Assembly: GCF_009914755.1 (NCBI RefSeq)
Contig: NC_060927.1
Origin: the human T2T-CHM13v2.0 reference genome, Homo sapiens
Strand: one strand, 5' to 3'
Length of the DNA: 64,000 bases
The stretch's first letter is position 1; the number at the start of each line of letters is the position of its first letter. Under the pieces are notes generated by a model, which searched no databases, had not been told where the DNA came from, and was given only the letters and a program-made list of their open reading frames with translations. Of this stretch, positions 41,841-55,300 are shown one piece after another. The position numbers and the translations under genes are program-made.

Positions 41841-44069
41841 TAGCTGTCCATTTTAATTTGTGCTATGTAAAAACATTAAACAAAACAAAATACAATCTAT
41901 TAAACACATAATGCCTTTAAACAAAGGAATGTTTAACATTTAAAAAACTATGATAGTCCTAAATGAGTATTAGAGATCAAAGTTGCATCTGTTTTACCTC
42001 AGAACAAAGAAAAAGAAAATATTGTAAATTTTAATTAACTTTCAAGCAACAACAGGCAACCCACGTAACCATAAAGAAAATAAATATTTGAAACATGTGA
42101 AGCTTCTACAATGTAGGTAAAGATGCATAGCTGCATTCATAAAAAAGAAATGCTCAAAAGAGTTATCCTCAACAGTTTCTAGCCAATTTCTAATCCATAC
42201 TGATAATCTGCCTCCTGCAACGGGCAGAGTATTGTCATTGAAAAACTCCAACAAAAAAGACCTGAATTCACATCTGGCCCAATTACCTCCTAGCAGCATG
42301 ACCTAGCAGATGACAGCTACCTCACCTCTAAGCCTCAGTTTCACCATCTATAAAATGGAGACATCTCTTTATCAAAGGCTTCGGTAAGATTAGATGAACT
42401 GAGATATATAAAGTACTGTGTAGAGTACCTAGCATATAGTAGGTGTTAAATCAATATTATTCTCCACTTGGTTTCCAAAGAAGGCAACAGGAAGGAGAGC
42501 TGCAAATATAAATGATAAAACTGTTCATGATAACATAAGGACAAGCACCCCCTCAAGCCTTCTGTCTTGTCCATTTGTGAAGATTCCATATCATAAACGC
42601 TTCTTATCCATGGACATTTCTAAATCTTGTGAAAAATAATTTGGTACACTTTAAATTCAGAAAAGGGGCCTTCCTTTTTCCCTATCATCTTAGGAATCTG
42701 TCACATTTCATACATTTTAATTATTCTTGATCCCGATAATCTAACACACAAAATTTTAACACAGCCTTTTATCCTCTTTTAATTACATTAATTAAAATGA
42801 GAAATATGGACAGGCTAGACTGTGCACATCAAAATGAAAGAGTGCTAAAGATTTTGCTCCCTCCCCACAAAAACATTAAAGATTGCATCAATGATTTCAC
42901 TAGGCATACCTTTGCACATTTCCATGAAAATATTGTTAAACTGACATGATGTGCTAGCAAATGGTTTTTCCTTAGACAAAGAAAGCTGCACTTATAATGG
43001 CAGGTTTTGGGAACTACTAATTTTCATTAAACAGCTGAAACCTGAATTTTCTTTATGTAAAGGACTAGGAGAACAACAAAGATCTGTACAGGGATGCTCT
43101 GGTTTTTCAGTATTCCCTAAATACGAACACTCAGGTTCCTACACGTTTCTCTTGGAAGAGAACATTGGCAAAATGAATGATATCCTAGAAAAAGGCTAAA
43201 AACCCTCTGCCTCATAAAGTAGCAAACTGGCAACAAAGACCTGCTCAAGAAAAATTATTACTACAAAATGCCACAGAGGTACAAACTAAAATACTGTTTT
43301 TCTAAAGGAATGAGGAGGACTGGACATACCAGACATCTTGCATACTTTATCTCATTTAGTCCTCACCATAAACCAAAAATGTAGCATTTATTATCCCCTA
43401 TCATACAGATGAAGACGCAGAGGTCCAAAGAGGATAAAAGAATGATGCAAGGGTCCACAGCTGAAGTTTGGTCTTGGGTCTGACGACAAAACCCATATTC
43501 TTTCCTTTACTTCAGAGGATCACAAATTTCCTCTAAAAACAAAAACGAAAACAAAAACAAAAACCAGGTGTGTTCCCATTAGGGTGTGAAGTGTGGGAAA
43601 TAATGTGTTATTAAAAACAGAAAAACACAGAAGGTTCCCTGTGCCATCAGATTAGATCAATTCCTTTGTACAAGGGAAGAGTACATAGAGTGTTGCACTC
43701 TTAGATGTGTGTCCTTTCCCTTAGGACTCTCATTCTGGTTCACAGTTCTACATCCTTGGTTAGTTATGATGATCCATCCTTGGTCAATGTTAACGATTAT
43801 GTGATTAACCTCTCTCTCTTACTAACCAGACTCTATGTGGCCTAAGAGCAGAGACCATGCCTTTTGTGGCTCACCATTCTATTCAAAGGATCTACTGCTT
43901 TGTGGCCTGACAGCTAATGAACATTTTTGGAATTAATAAAAAGCTTGACAATGCTTCTTCTAATCTAGAAATTAGAGGAATTTCAGGATTATTCCTGTAA
44001 GAATACCTCTCTGTTCATTTGCATTCCAACATACTCTTGTGAGTGGGAAAGGAAAGGATGGAGTTCAGC

Positions 44070-45240
44070 TCACTGAAACACTTCTTAGCTTTGCTTCCAG
44101 GATGCCACATTCTCCTGCTTTCCCTCCTACCCTCTGGCTGCTCATCTCCTTCAGAGCTTAATGCTGGAGAACCTGCGGCTAAGTCCTGGGACTCCTGTAT
44201 ATCTACATTTGCTTCTCTGGTCTAGGGTAGGGTCTTAAACACACCTTTAGGCTGATGACTCAAGGCGAGACCTTTTCCATGATCTCAAGACCAACTGCCT
44301 ATGTCACATCTCCATCTCTTAATTCCCAGTTGAGTCCACACCATATCCCCCACAATCTGCTCCATCTGTAGTCTTTGCTATCTCAGTTAATGGCAACTCC
44401 ACACTCCCAACGGATGAGAACAAATACCTTTGAGCCATCCTTCACCCCTGACATCTAATCCAGAGGAGGTTGACAAACTATATCCCACAGGCCAAATCTG
44501 GTTTGCTTCACGTTTTTGCAAATACTTTTATTGGAACACAATCATGACCATTCATTATGTGCTATCTATGGCTGCATTCATGATACAATGGCAGGGTTGA
44601 GTCATTGTAACAGAGAACGTACAGCCTGCAAAGCCTAATACATTTACACTCTGGTCCTTGACACTGAACATTTTCCAGCCCTTGGCAAATCCCGTTAGCT
44701 CTACTGTCAAAATATACACAGGATCTAATATCTTTCCTCCACCATCATCACACTGGTCCATGCCACTGCCATTTCTCTCCTGGATGAAGTTCCAAGTCAC
44801 CATCAACTCTTGCCTCCTACCTGGTCTATTATTGCTCCCCTTCAGTCTATTCACAAAACTGCAGTCATCTTGATTCTCTGAAAACAAACATTGCAGCATG
44901 CCATGCTTCTGCTCAAGACTACACTGGTGATGCTGCTCATCTCAGAATAAGTCCCTGGAGATCTAGGTCCTATTGCTTCTCCGACACTATCTCCTGCTAC
45001 TGTCTCCCTTCCTGTCACATGAACACTGGCCCTCAAACATGCCAGGCACATGTGTGCCTCCTGGTCTTTGCACTTGTCTGAAATATTCCTCCTGCAGAAA
45101 GTCATGTGGCTTGCTCTGTCACTATTTCAAGTCTAATGTCACCTTGGTGAGGGCTAAGTCTTACCATCCTATCTGAGATTGTCATCCTTCCCGCATCTTA
45201 CTAACATGGCCAAACAATTCCCTACTTTATTTTTCTCCTT
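44070..45240 (+). mobile_element. L2 fragment (continues at about 47760-47900 after an L1 insertion)
   Basis: atctcagttaatggcaactcc...; 3' end cctggcacatagtaggtcctcaataaatatgggttgaat at about 47855-47895. Confidence 0.75.
44461..44684 (+). mobile_element. MER58A hAT MITE nested in L2
   Basis: gacaaacta...ggccaaatctgg...ttttattggaacaca...gcctgcaaagcctaatacatttac. Confidence 0.8.
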
Positions 45241-45247
45241 AGATCCT

Positions 45248-47750
45248 TTTAAGAAGAGTTATATTGAAATATAATTAATATACTATACAGCTCACCCATT
45301 TAAGTATATTCATAGGGTTGTACAACCATCACCACAATCTAACTTTAAAACTTTCTTCAATCCAAAAAGAAACCCTCTAGTAAGCAGTAGTCACTCCCCA
45401 CTTGTCCCACTGCTCCAGGCCTAGGCAAACACTAATCTACTTTCTGTCTCTATAGAGTTGCCTATTCTTGACATTTTATATTAGTGAAAACATATAATAT
45501 GTGGCCCTTTGTGCCTGGCTCTTCACCTAGTGTATTTTTGGTTCATCCTGTAGCTTATATCAGAATTTCATTCTTTTTATGACAGAGTAATATTCCATTG
45601 TACTAATATACATCATATTCATCTATTCATCAATTGATGGATATTTGGGTTGTTTCCAGTCTTTATGATTATAAATAATGCTACTATGAACATTCACGTA
45701 TAAGTTTTTGTGGGGATGCATGCTTTTTATTTTCCTTGGATACATATCTAGTAGTGGGATTGCTGGGTCGTATAACTCTAGGTTTAACATTTCATAGAAC
45801 CATCAAGCAGTTTTTCAAAGTGCTCCTCCAGTTTCACATTCTCACAAGTGATATCTGAAGCTTCCCATTTCTTCATATCTTTGCCAAAACTTGTTACTGT
45901 CTTTTTTATTATAGTCATCCTAGTGGGTATGAAGTAATACCTCATAGTGGTTTTTATTTGCACTTGCTTAATGGCTAATAATGTTAAACATCTTTTCATA
46001 TGTGTGTTGGCTATTTGCATACCTTCTTTGGAGAAACGTATATTCAAATTTTTTGCTCATTTTAAAATTGGGCACACGTGTTAAAATTAGTAAGTTATAA
46101 AAGTTCCTTGTATATTCTGGGAACATGTCCCTTATTAGATATATGATTTATAAATGTTTTCTCCCATCATGTGGGGTATATCCTTTTTCTTGATAGTGTC
46201 TTTGAAGCATAAAGATTTCTAATTTTGATAAAGTTCGTTTATCTATTTTTTCTTTTTTCCCTTGTACTTCAGTTCCGCTTTTTAAGAGCATTCTTCTAGG
46301 TCTCTGCCAGAACTACAAAGTCAGCTGTCGTTCCCTTGTAAGTGATGAGTTGTTTTCTCTTGCGGTTTTCAAGATTTTCTTTTTGTCTTTCAACATTTTG
46401 ATTATGAGGTGTTTGAGTGTGAATCTCTTTGAGCTTACCTACTTGGAGTACTTTGGCTTCCTGGATGTGTAGACTAATACTTTTCATAAGACTTCGGAAG
46501 TCTTCTACCATTATTTCTTCAAATATTTTTTCAGCTTTTTCTCTCTCCTCTTTTACTTGTCCCAGTAAGCATATGTAGGTGTGCTTGATGGTATCTCACA
46601 TTTCTTAGGAGCTCTGTTTATTTATTTTCACTCTCTTTTCTCTGCTCTTCAGCATACACAATCTTTATTGACCTACCTTCAAATCTGCCAATATTTTTCT
46701 TCTGTCAGATTAAAATCTACTCTTGAACCCCTCTAGTCAATTTTTCATTCCAGTTATTATACTTTTCAACTCAAAATTTTCATTTTTATAATTCTTTTCT
46801 AACAATTTCTCTTCACTGATATTCTCTACTTGATGAGATGCTGTCATCATGCCTTCCTTTAATTGTTTAGAAAGTTTCATGTAGTTCTTTGAACACATTT
46901 ATAATTGTTGCTTTGAAGTCTTTGCCTGCTAGCTCCAACATTTGGACCCTCTCACGGGCAGTTACTTTTGTTTTCTTCCTGTATATAGGTCACACTTTTC
47001 TGTTTCTTTGCATGTCTCAAAATATTTTGTTGAAAAATGGACATTGTAGATACTATATTATAGCAATTCTGGATATTGACTGTGCACCACCACCCTGCCC
47101 CCCTTCTGGAGCTTTTTGTTGTTGTTTGCTTATTTGTCTAGTGGCTAGGCAGACAAGTTGAGCGAAGTCTGTTTCCCTGGCAGTGTGCAGCTTCTGATGT
47201 CCCTCCGGAGGGCCTGAGACCAGTTTTCCTATTGATATCACACCCAACAGTTAACCTCCACTAATCACTAGCTGATTGTTCTATTGTTTTGACAATTCCT
47301 TTTGGCATAAATTGTTCCACAGTCTGATCTGATGAAAGCTGGGTTCCTTTGCAAGGGTAGGGTGTTGCCAGTCTTTGAGGCTGCCCCTCCCAGTGTGAAA
47401 GCATAGCCCGAGACTAGAAGCTAGGTGGAGAAAGAGCCCAATCTGCTTGACTGAACATACCCAGAGTGGAGTTTCCATCACACTGATCTGCGTTGTGTGT
47501 GTGTAGTTGGGGGAGGGGCAGTATGTGGCAGGGGTACCTGGAGAAGAGAGGATCATGGTTAAAATGCCATAGACTCTCACTCTTCTTACTAAGATTTAGA
47601 TTTCCTTGTGTTTTTCCATTTGTTGTATACCCTTGGGACAATTTCCAGAAACTTTAAAAGGTTGCTTATATTTTAAAATAATTTTCGGCAAATGATTGTT
47701 TTGTTGATTAAAGAGTCTACCATGCTCCTCACACTGCCATACTGGAAGTT
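45248..47750 (-). mobile_element. Old L1: 3'UTR and ORF2 C-terminus joined to ORF1/5' region
   Basis: ORF 45784-46047 (FSKEGMQIANTHMKRC...IKTTMRYYFIPTRM) is ORF2 C-terminus-like; ORF 46296-46511 (KRKQLITYKG) is ORF1-like. Confidence 0.8.
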
Positions 47751-48527
47751 GATGCCCAACACCTAGCATACTTAGATCATGATATGTTTGACTTGTTTAT
47801 GCTGCTTTATGTCAGTTTTATTCAGCCCTCGATCCCCAGGGCCCAGAAAAATGCCTGGCACATAGTAGGTCCTCAATAAATATGGGTTGAATAAAGAAAT
47901 GAAAGAAGAAATGCCCATGACCCACAGCCTATCCTATGTATGCCATAGCCAACCATAAACTGCCACAGCTGATGTTCTTTATCCATGGTTATGACAATTA
48001 GTAACCCAAGCTAATCACAGCCTAGGGACACTGTCACATCTGTGAATTTCATTAGCCAGGTGACTGATGAAAAAAAAGAGAATGAGGAATGTAACTACAG
48101 CTTACATATCCCTCAAACCATTGAACTGGATCCTAGCTCTGTTCCTTCTAATCTTAAATATTCCATAAGACCTATAAATAACTTGCTCTAAATAAATAAA
48201 AGACATCTAATTTATCTTGGTTTGAAAGAAAGTCCTGCTATAATGGAACTCACCCTGGTATTAGAATTAAGAGTCTGTGTTTGATCCTTGGGCTATGGCT
48301 CTTGCTGTCTGTGTGATGTTGGACAAAGTTATTTAACCTCTCTGCTCTTCAGAAGCCTCCTCTGAAAAACGTGAATGACGGTGACAATTGTATTATCTTC
48401 ACAAAGCACTTTGTATGGTGTCAAATACACCAGGAGTGCTCAGTAAGTGTAAGGTACTATTATTATCTGCCAAAGAGTAATCATAGATCTTCCCACTTAT
48501 CATGCTGCGGTGATCTCTGCATCTGAG

Positions 48528-49339
48528 TGAAATGGGATAGTTCCCTTAACCCCTTTGTGGGACTCATGAAGGGGTTGGCTCATTTATTCAGCCTACAGCT
48601 CTCAACGCCTCACAGGATGGGGAGCATGCAGGTGAGTGGGTTCAGAGGCCAGGATGAGCACTTATGGGCAATCGGCAGGAGGAGAACTCCATGCAAGCCC
48701 GCAGCAGTGTCTAGGGATTGTCTATGAGCCCCAGAGCTCCAGAGGGCGTATGTTACAATGTGCTCTTTTAGTTTTGGCATCTGTGGATGGCTTAAGTGTT
48801 AGCTCAGTGGAGGGTCAGTGTGACAGCCTGTTGCATCTGCACCCTGGTCCTTGTCTGGCATCCAGCAGGAATCAGGTTGCACAAATGAATTGAAGATAAT
48901 AAATGTGGAGGATTTTATTGCCAATTAAAGTGGCTCTCAGTGGGATGGGGAGCTGGAAAGGGGATTGAGTGGGAAGGTAGTCTTCCCCTGGAGTTCGGCC
49001 ATCTCCGGCCGAACTCTTCTCCGAGGTCCCACTGCCAAGCCATCCCTGTGAAATCAAGTTGCTTCTCTTGGACATTCAGCTCCTTCTCTTCTCTCCTTTC
49101 CTGCCACTCTGCCACTCCACCTCTCTGCCCTGCTCCTCTGCCAGTGGAGCCTGGGGTTTTTATGGCTACAGGATGGGAGGTGGGGCAGACCAGGTTAGTT
49201 TTGGAAAAGGCAAAATTTGGGCAGGAAAACAGGAATGCATGTTCTCACTTTGGGCCACGCATCCAGGCTTGAGGGTAGGGCTTCACCGGGGGGCCCCACC
49301 CTTTTCTGCCTAGTATTTCCCTGCCTCCTGTCCATATCA
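48528..49339 (-). mobile_element. ERV1-class solo LTR (LTR1/MER52-related; subfamily uncertain), 812 bp
   Basis: Minus strand begins TGATATGGACAGGAGGCAGGGAAATACTAGG and ends in TTTCA; 4-bp TSD tgag/taag; CATAAAAA at 49164-49157 and AATAAA at 48919-48914. Confidence 0.8.
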
Positions 49340-49772
49340 TAAGGAGACAGTAGCCATGAAGGTAAATTCTGTGGGATGTATTGTACAAAATTTACCTTCC
49401 TAGAACTGCAGAACTAACTCCTCTTGGCTTGCCAGGATGAGAAAAAGCCCCTTTCTTGTTTGTTTGTCCATCATTCTCCTCCTCCAAGTCTGCTTTTCAC
49501 TCTTCCACCCCTAGGCTAACTCAAACCCTGCAGGAGGTTGCTGGGAATTCTGCCTGAAGACTGTCAACCCTCCCTGAGAGCAAGAAGTTCAGTGGACAAG
49601 GCCATCATTTTGAAAATGGCCTTGCAGCCACCATCTTGATCAGGGGAGGACCAGACCAAAGCAGGGTCCAAACTATAAGAAGCAGGTATCAGAACCTGAA
49701 ACAGTTGAAATGAACAGAAGAGGTTTAGTTATATACCACAACGTGCTTCCTTTTAGAAAACTTGGTAGTATT

Positions 49773-50137
<365 letters not shown>

Positions 50138-50744
50138 TCACCAAGAGAGCCAGTGTCTGTAAGAGGGAGAAAAGGTCCCCTGCTGCCAAGGACCTCTGGA
50201 TAACAGGCACTGTGTCAGGCAGGAGGTGGGGTAAGGCAAGTTCTGTCCCTACCCCTTCTTATTAGCTGTGTGAATTGGGACAAGTCACTTTCCTTCTTTG
50301 AGTCTCATCTAAGAATCTCTGCCACATGGGTTTTCTGAATTATATGAGGTAATGCAGGTAAAATTGCCAAACATACAGCAGGTGCTTACTAAATGTTTAT
50401 CAAGTCTGAGTATAAACACACTATCAATCTTGCTCTGTACAGCGAGGGCATCTGAAGCCCTCTGATTTGAGTGGCCATCAGCAGACACCAGTCAGCCCAC
50501 CCAACCCAAGCCCATGGAATCCCTGGCAGCCAGGGCAGTTTTCAGGCTGCCTGTTTATTCTTCTAGCTCCCTGAGATGCCACAGCAAGCAGGAGCCCTGC
50601 TGGTGCATCCTCAGGGTCACCAGGGGACAGGCCCAGACGGATGTCAGAGCAGACTGCCTTGGCGAATTATTTAGCACCCTCCTCTGAGGGGGCCAGGCAC
50701 GCACCTCACAGCCGGCTCCACACACCACACGGCGAGGTAGCAGC

Positions 50745-51095
50745 CTCTGACTCATCCGTCAGGCACCACATTCCTCTTCCCTTAAATGGAGCACACAGAG
50801 CCCTGCTGGGGGGCGGGGGGCTGGCAGCGTCCTCTCTGCTCAACTCATCACAGCTGGGGCAGCTGTGGAAGGAAGGGCTGTTAGGAGCGTGGCCAAAACA
50901 GAGATACACAGAGGAGGTTCAGCTCGCTGGGATGAGGGGAGACATATTCTGCAATAAGAAACACCAGGAATGAAAGAAAGTTACAGTCAGCCAGTGGCCG
51001 GAGATAGCTGCCCAGGGAACATGGAGATGCTTCCCGGAGGGATCCTTTGGCAGAGCCAAATCTGAGCCACCAGGTGCTATCCACAGACATTCCGA
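50745..51095. promoter_or_regulatory. Candidate enhancer (AP-1, TEAD x3, CArG, GC-box, paired E-boxes)
   Basis: TGACTCA 50748-54; ACATTCC 50768-74; CCTTAAATGG 50780-89; GGGGCGGGG about 50810-18; CAGCTG 50851-56 and 50860-65; GGAATG 50967-72; ACATTCC 51087-93, all in non-repeat, CpG-retaining sequence. Confidence 0.5.
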
Positions 51096-51398
51096 AGGCC
51101 TGTAATCCTGTAATCCTTTGGGACTCTCTAAGATAATTGCTATCAGGCACTCCCAGCCACAGGGACAGGGGAGGGGAGGTGATTTATAAGCCAGATTTAT
51201 AGGTGACATTTACTGCAGACACAAATCTAATTCAACCCTCATAGCAACCCTTCAAGGTTATACCTACGGTTGCTTATCACAGATAAGAAAACTGAGGCTC
51301 AGAGAAATCAAAATAATTATTAAGTGTAAGCATCCGTCTAATTTCTGAATCGATTTCCTTTTTCTTTTATTTATTACTGTTCTTAAATTTTCCATGTA

Positions 51399-51519
51399 GG
51401 GCTTGGTGCTGTGGCTCATGCCTGTAATCCCAGTACATTGGGAGGCCAAGGCAGGTAGATTGCTTGAGCCCAGGAGTTTGAGACCAGCCTGGGCAACATG
51501 ACAAAACCCCATCGCTACC

Positions 51520-51550
<31 letters not shown>

Positions 51551-51697
51551 AGCCCAGCATGTGACTATAGTCTCACCTACTTGGGAGGCTGAGACAGGAG
51601 GATCACTTGAGGCTGGGAGGTCGAGGCTGCAGGGAGCTGTGTTCACACCACGGCACTCCAGCCTGTGCGACAGAGACCCTGTCTCAAAAAATAAATA
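51399..51697 (+). mobile_element. AluJ SINE with expanded (about 29 nt) poly(A) linker
   Basis: J-type arms; degenerate TSD aaattttccatgtag / aaattttcatttag. Confidence 0.9.
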
Positions 51698-52231
51698 AAA
51701 TTTTCATTTAGCCTGCTGAATCTGTTCTTTCCATTCCATCCTAGGATTGAGTCGAATGTGATATAAGGGACACCTGGGTTTGGCCAGTTACATGGGGAGG
51801 CCATGAGGTCACCAAGACATTGACCAGGCCAAGGAAAACAGTTGGAAGAACAGGTACTCCAGGTCTAATCAAGTTTCTTGTGCTTGTCAGTGAATGAAGG
51901 ATTAAACAAGCTACAGCTCCTCTGCATAGCACCACCAATGATGGGAAATACTGAATATTTTATATATAGCTAATGCCTCTTTGCAGGCTAAATGGAGTTG
52001 GGCCTGAATGGAGCCCAAGGGATACTCTTCAAATTGAGGAAATATAGGAACTCTGCAGGACTCCCGGGATCCACAGAATTCTTTGCTTAAAGTCCCTGTG
52101 TGGGCTATGAAATGCCTCAGTGAATCGGTCCCATGGGGCCTACAGAATTAATTCCTCTCCTCTGGACAACTCAGTCACTTCCTTGGTAGGCCAGGTGCTT
52201 TCAGATCTCCCCCACAGCATGGAATGTCTGA

Positions 52232-52425
52232 GCCAGCGGTTCTCACAACATGATCCTGGACCAGCAGCCTCAGTATCACCAGGGAACTTGTTTAAAGTGT
52301 GGATTCTCAGGCCCTACCCAGACCTACAGAATCTGTAACTCTGAGCATGGAGTCTGGTCATTTGAGTTTCCACAAGCTCTCCAGGGGATTAGGCACACAG
52401 GTTTCATTTGGAGAACCAATGGTCT
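52232..52425. mobile_element. MER5A hAT MITE
   Basis: cagcggttctca...ggaccagcagcctcagtatcaccagggaacttgtt...tttggagaaccaatg. Confidence 0.75.
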
Positions 52426-52569
52426 AAATAATCCCCAACAACTTCTTTTTATGGCCAAGAAGAGGAAGGGGTGAGCAATGGCAGAGGCTAGAGGAGCCTC
52501 TGAGGGTCCAGGATGGCCAGTTGGTGGCATGGAGCTGGAATTTGGCCCACATAAGCATACTATTGGGTC

Positions 52570-52770
52570 TACACCAGAGGTCAAGAAACTTTGTAAAGGA
52601 CCAAGTGGTATATATGTTAGGTTCTGAAGGCCACTTAGTCTCTGTCACAACTACTCAACTCTGCTGTCATAGAATGCAAGCTGTCACAGACAGTATACAA
52701 ACAAATGGGCATTGCTATATTTCAATAAAACTTTATCAAAACAGGCACCTACAAGTTGTAGTTTCCCAAC
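52570..52770. mobile_element. MER58-type hAT MITE
   Basis: tctctgtcacaactactcaactctgctgt...caataaaactttat. Confidence 0.7.
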
Positions 52771-54806
52771 TCTCTACCTATACAATGGCTCCTCTTAACA
52801 ACAACATCTGGATACGCTGAGCTCAAGCTCCTAGGAGGCAGCCACCAGCTGGAGCTGACTGATACAGCCCTCTTTTAGTGGGGACACATTCTACACTTTT
52901 CCACAGTCCCCAGTTCTTCTCTCTGAAACACCAGGGCGGAGAGTCAGCTCACATTTATTATCCTGCTCGTTTCTCTTATTCATCTACTTATATTGACATA
53001 AATGCATGTGTGCATACACATACATGTATATATGTAAGTAACATGGTTATGTACTTATGTGTGCATGCATGCATATTTTAACACCTACCAGCTTTTCAGT
53101 ATTTTATACTATATGAATCCCCACCCCCTCATCTCAATTGTCTCTAAAGTGCTCCAATACCACCATGGTATGAAGCCTGGTTTAGAATTCAGGGATGAGG
53201 GCCACAGCTCTTGATCTGTCCTTGACTTTGCAACTTGAGCAAGACCTTGACCATCTCAGAGGCTGTTTCTTCCTGTGTCCTGCTGCAGAAATCATCCCTC
53301 TTCTGCTTCCTTCACAGGAATGCTGTGAGAGCACGTCAGCAGTACTGTCTGGGAAGGCAACACAAAAGGGCCTGATTGTCGGCAGCCCCAATCATGCCTT
53401 CAGCGTTGGCCAAAGCAAGGGAAAATGTTTTATTTTGTTTTGTTTCCCTACAAAACAAAACCCACCAGGTATCTAAACATGTCCTGAAATTAAAATGGAT
53501 AATAGTCTACCACATCAGTCCTCTCATTCTCCACCTCATACCCTGCAAATGAGAGATCGTGGAGGAGAAATCCCTCCATGTACATTATTTCGCTCAGATT
53601 AGCTGAAGGGTTCTTTGGGAAGCTTGGGATGCCAAGTGTGCCTTCTAATTATCTTTTCTCTTTTTTGCAAGCAGCTTAAGGGATCAGAGGTCTTATTTGG
53701 AGCCTTCCACCTTCATCCCGCTTTTCTTTCCTCTTCTTCTGTCCCCACACTACCGCAAATAAATAAATAATGTGCACATAATAATAATGATCTTTTTCTG
53801 AAAGAAGGAAAAGGGCATATTTAATGTCACCTTCTTAGCAGTCTAGCTAGAACCTTGCATTTTAACTTACATTTCATGAACTAAGCGCAGCATATCCAAC
53901 TGCACATTTTCCTTAGGAGTGTTTCCATGAAGGAAATTCCTTCACCTAATCACTTCCCAACCCCCTTTCTTCAACTTATACCCTCTTTCCCACCCTGTCT
54001 ACCCTAGAAAAGGTATTTTAAAAGAAAATACATAAATCTTCAGCTTATCTGGGTGGTATGCTCCGCAAATAATCACAAAGATTGTTTGACTGGTTACACA
54101 AGTTAATTTTCCATTTACAGTATAGAGCAACAATGTATTCTACAATAAAACTAGCCAACCCTGAGAGTCCACTTCAGTGGACGACTTGGCCAGGGGCCAA
54201 GATTCCCAGATTCTTTGGCTTCTACTGCTCCTCCCCCTACACTCACATTGGGCCATCATTGCTTTACAGCTGCTTCTCTTTGGGTACACTTCACCCACTC
54301 CAGTTCCTGTGTGTCTAAGACAGTGAGCATCAGTCTGTGAATGGCAATCTGTGCACCCTGCCAGCATTAATGATGGGGCCAAGAGTGTACCTGGTCATCT
54401 GTAAGAGGAGCACAGTCTGACTGAGATATTTACAAAAGGAAAGAGAAGCACTGCTGAAAGAAGATAACTATTTATTGAGCACTTACTATATCCTAGTCAT
54501 CCCAAGACAGAGAATAATTGTTTCTATCTGAGAGATGAGAAACAGGAGGCCTAAGAGTTTAGGTGATGGCCCCAAAGAAAAACAGAAAGTGAGAGAGCAG
54601 GGATTTGGACTTAGGTCTGTCTTATACCAAAACCTGTGGCTTTTAAATACAACCATGTACTGAGAGTGGGAATATGAAGTGCATGTGTGCAAAAACTCTA
54701 AAAACAGGAATGTCATCCCTTGAAGACAGCTTTTTAAAAAATTGTCTGTGGACAGTAGAAAACAGAAAGTTTCAATGATGTACCCATTTCTTTATTGGGC
54801 CTAGAA

Positions 54807-55019
54807 CAGCATTTCTCAACCTTGACATTATAGACAATTCATGCCAATTTCTTTGTTGTTGGAGGCTGTGCCATGTATTGCATGGTGTTCAGCAGTACCC
54901 ATGACCTATATCCATGAGATGCCACTGGTCACCCTTTCCCCAGTCGTGAAAACCAAATATATCTCCAGAAATTGCCAAATATTCTTGACGGACAAAATTG
55001 CCCCCCTTGGGAACCAGTG
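54807..55019 (-). mobile_element. MER20 with 8-bp TSD
   Basis: cagcatttctcaacctt...gggaaccagtg; TSD gcctagaa (54799-54806) / gtctagaa (55020-55027). Confidence 0.82.
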
Positions 55020-55074
55020 GTCTAGAATCATTTTAGAAATCCTATCTTGTCACATGCTACTTTGGGGTTCATAT

Positions 55075-55300
55075 AAGGTAGAGGATGAGAACACAGATTC
55101 TGGTATCAGTCATACCTGGGTAGAAATCTCAGCTCTGTCACTTACTAGCTGTGTGAATTATTCAACCTCTTTGAGGCTTTCAGTGTAAAATGGGGACAGA
55201 TAATAGTATTCTGAGGATTAAAGGAGATTATGCAGATGAAGCCCTTAGCAGAGTGCCTGACACATAGTAATAGTGCTATAATAATGTCAGTTATGATTAT
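55075..55300 (+). mobile_element. MIR SINE
   Basis: cagctctgtcacttactagctgtgtga...gtaaaatgggga...agtgcctgacacatagtaa. Confidence 0.8.

Noticed and set aside
48527-49313. Several overlapping ORFs of 66-110 aa
   Set aside because: All lie inside a solo LTR; no gag/pol/env similarity.
53927-53943. Palindrome TGAAGGAA-A-TTCCTTCA
   Set aside because: 8-bp arms are expected by chance in 64 kb.
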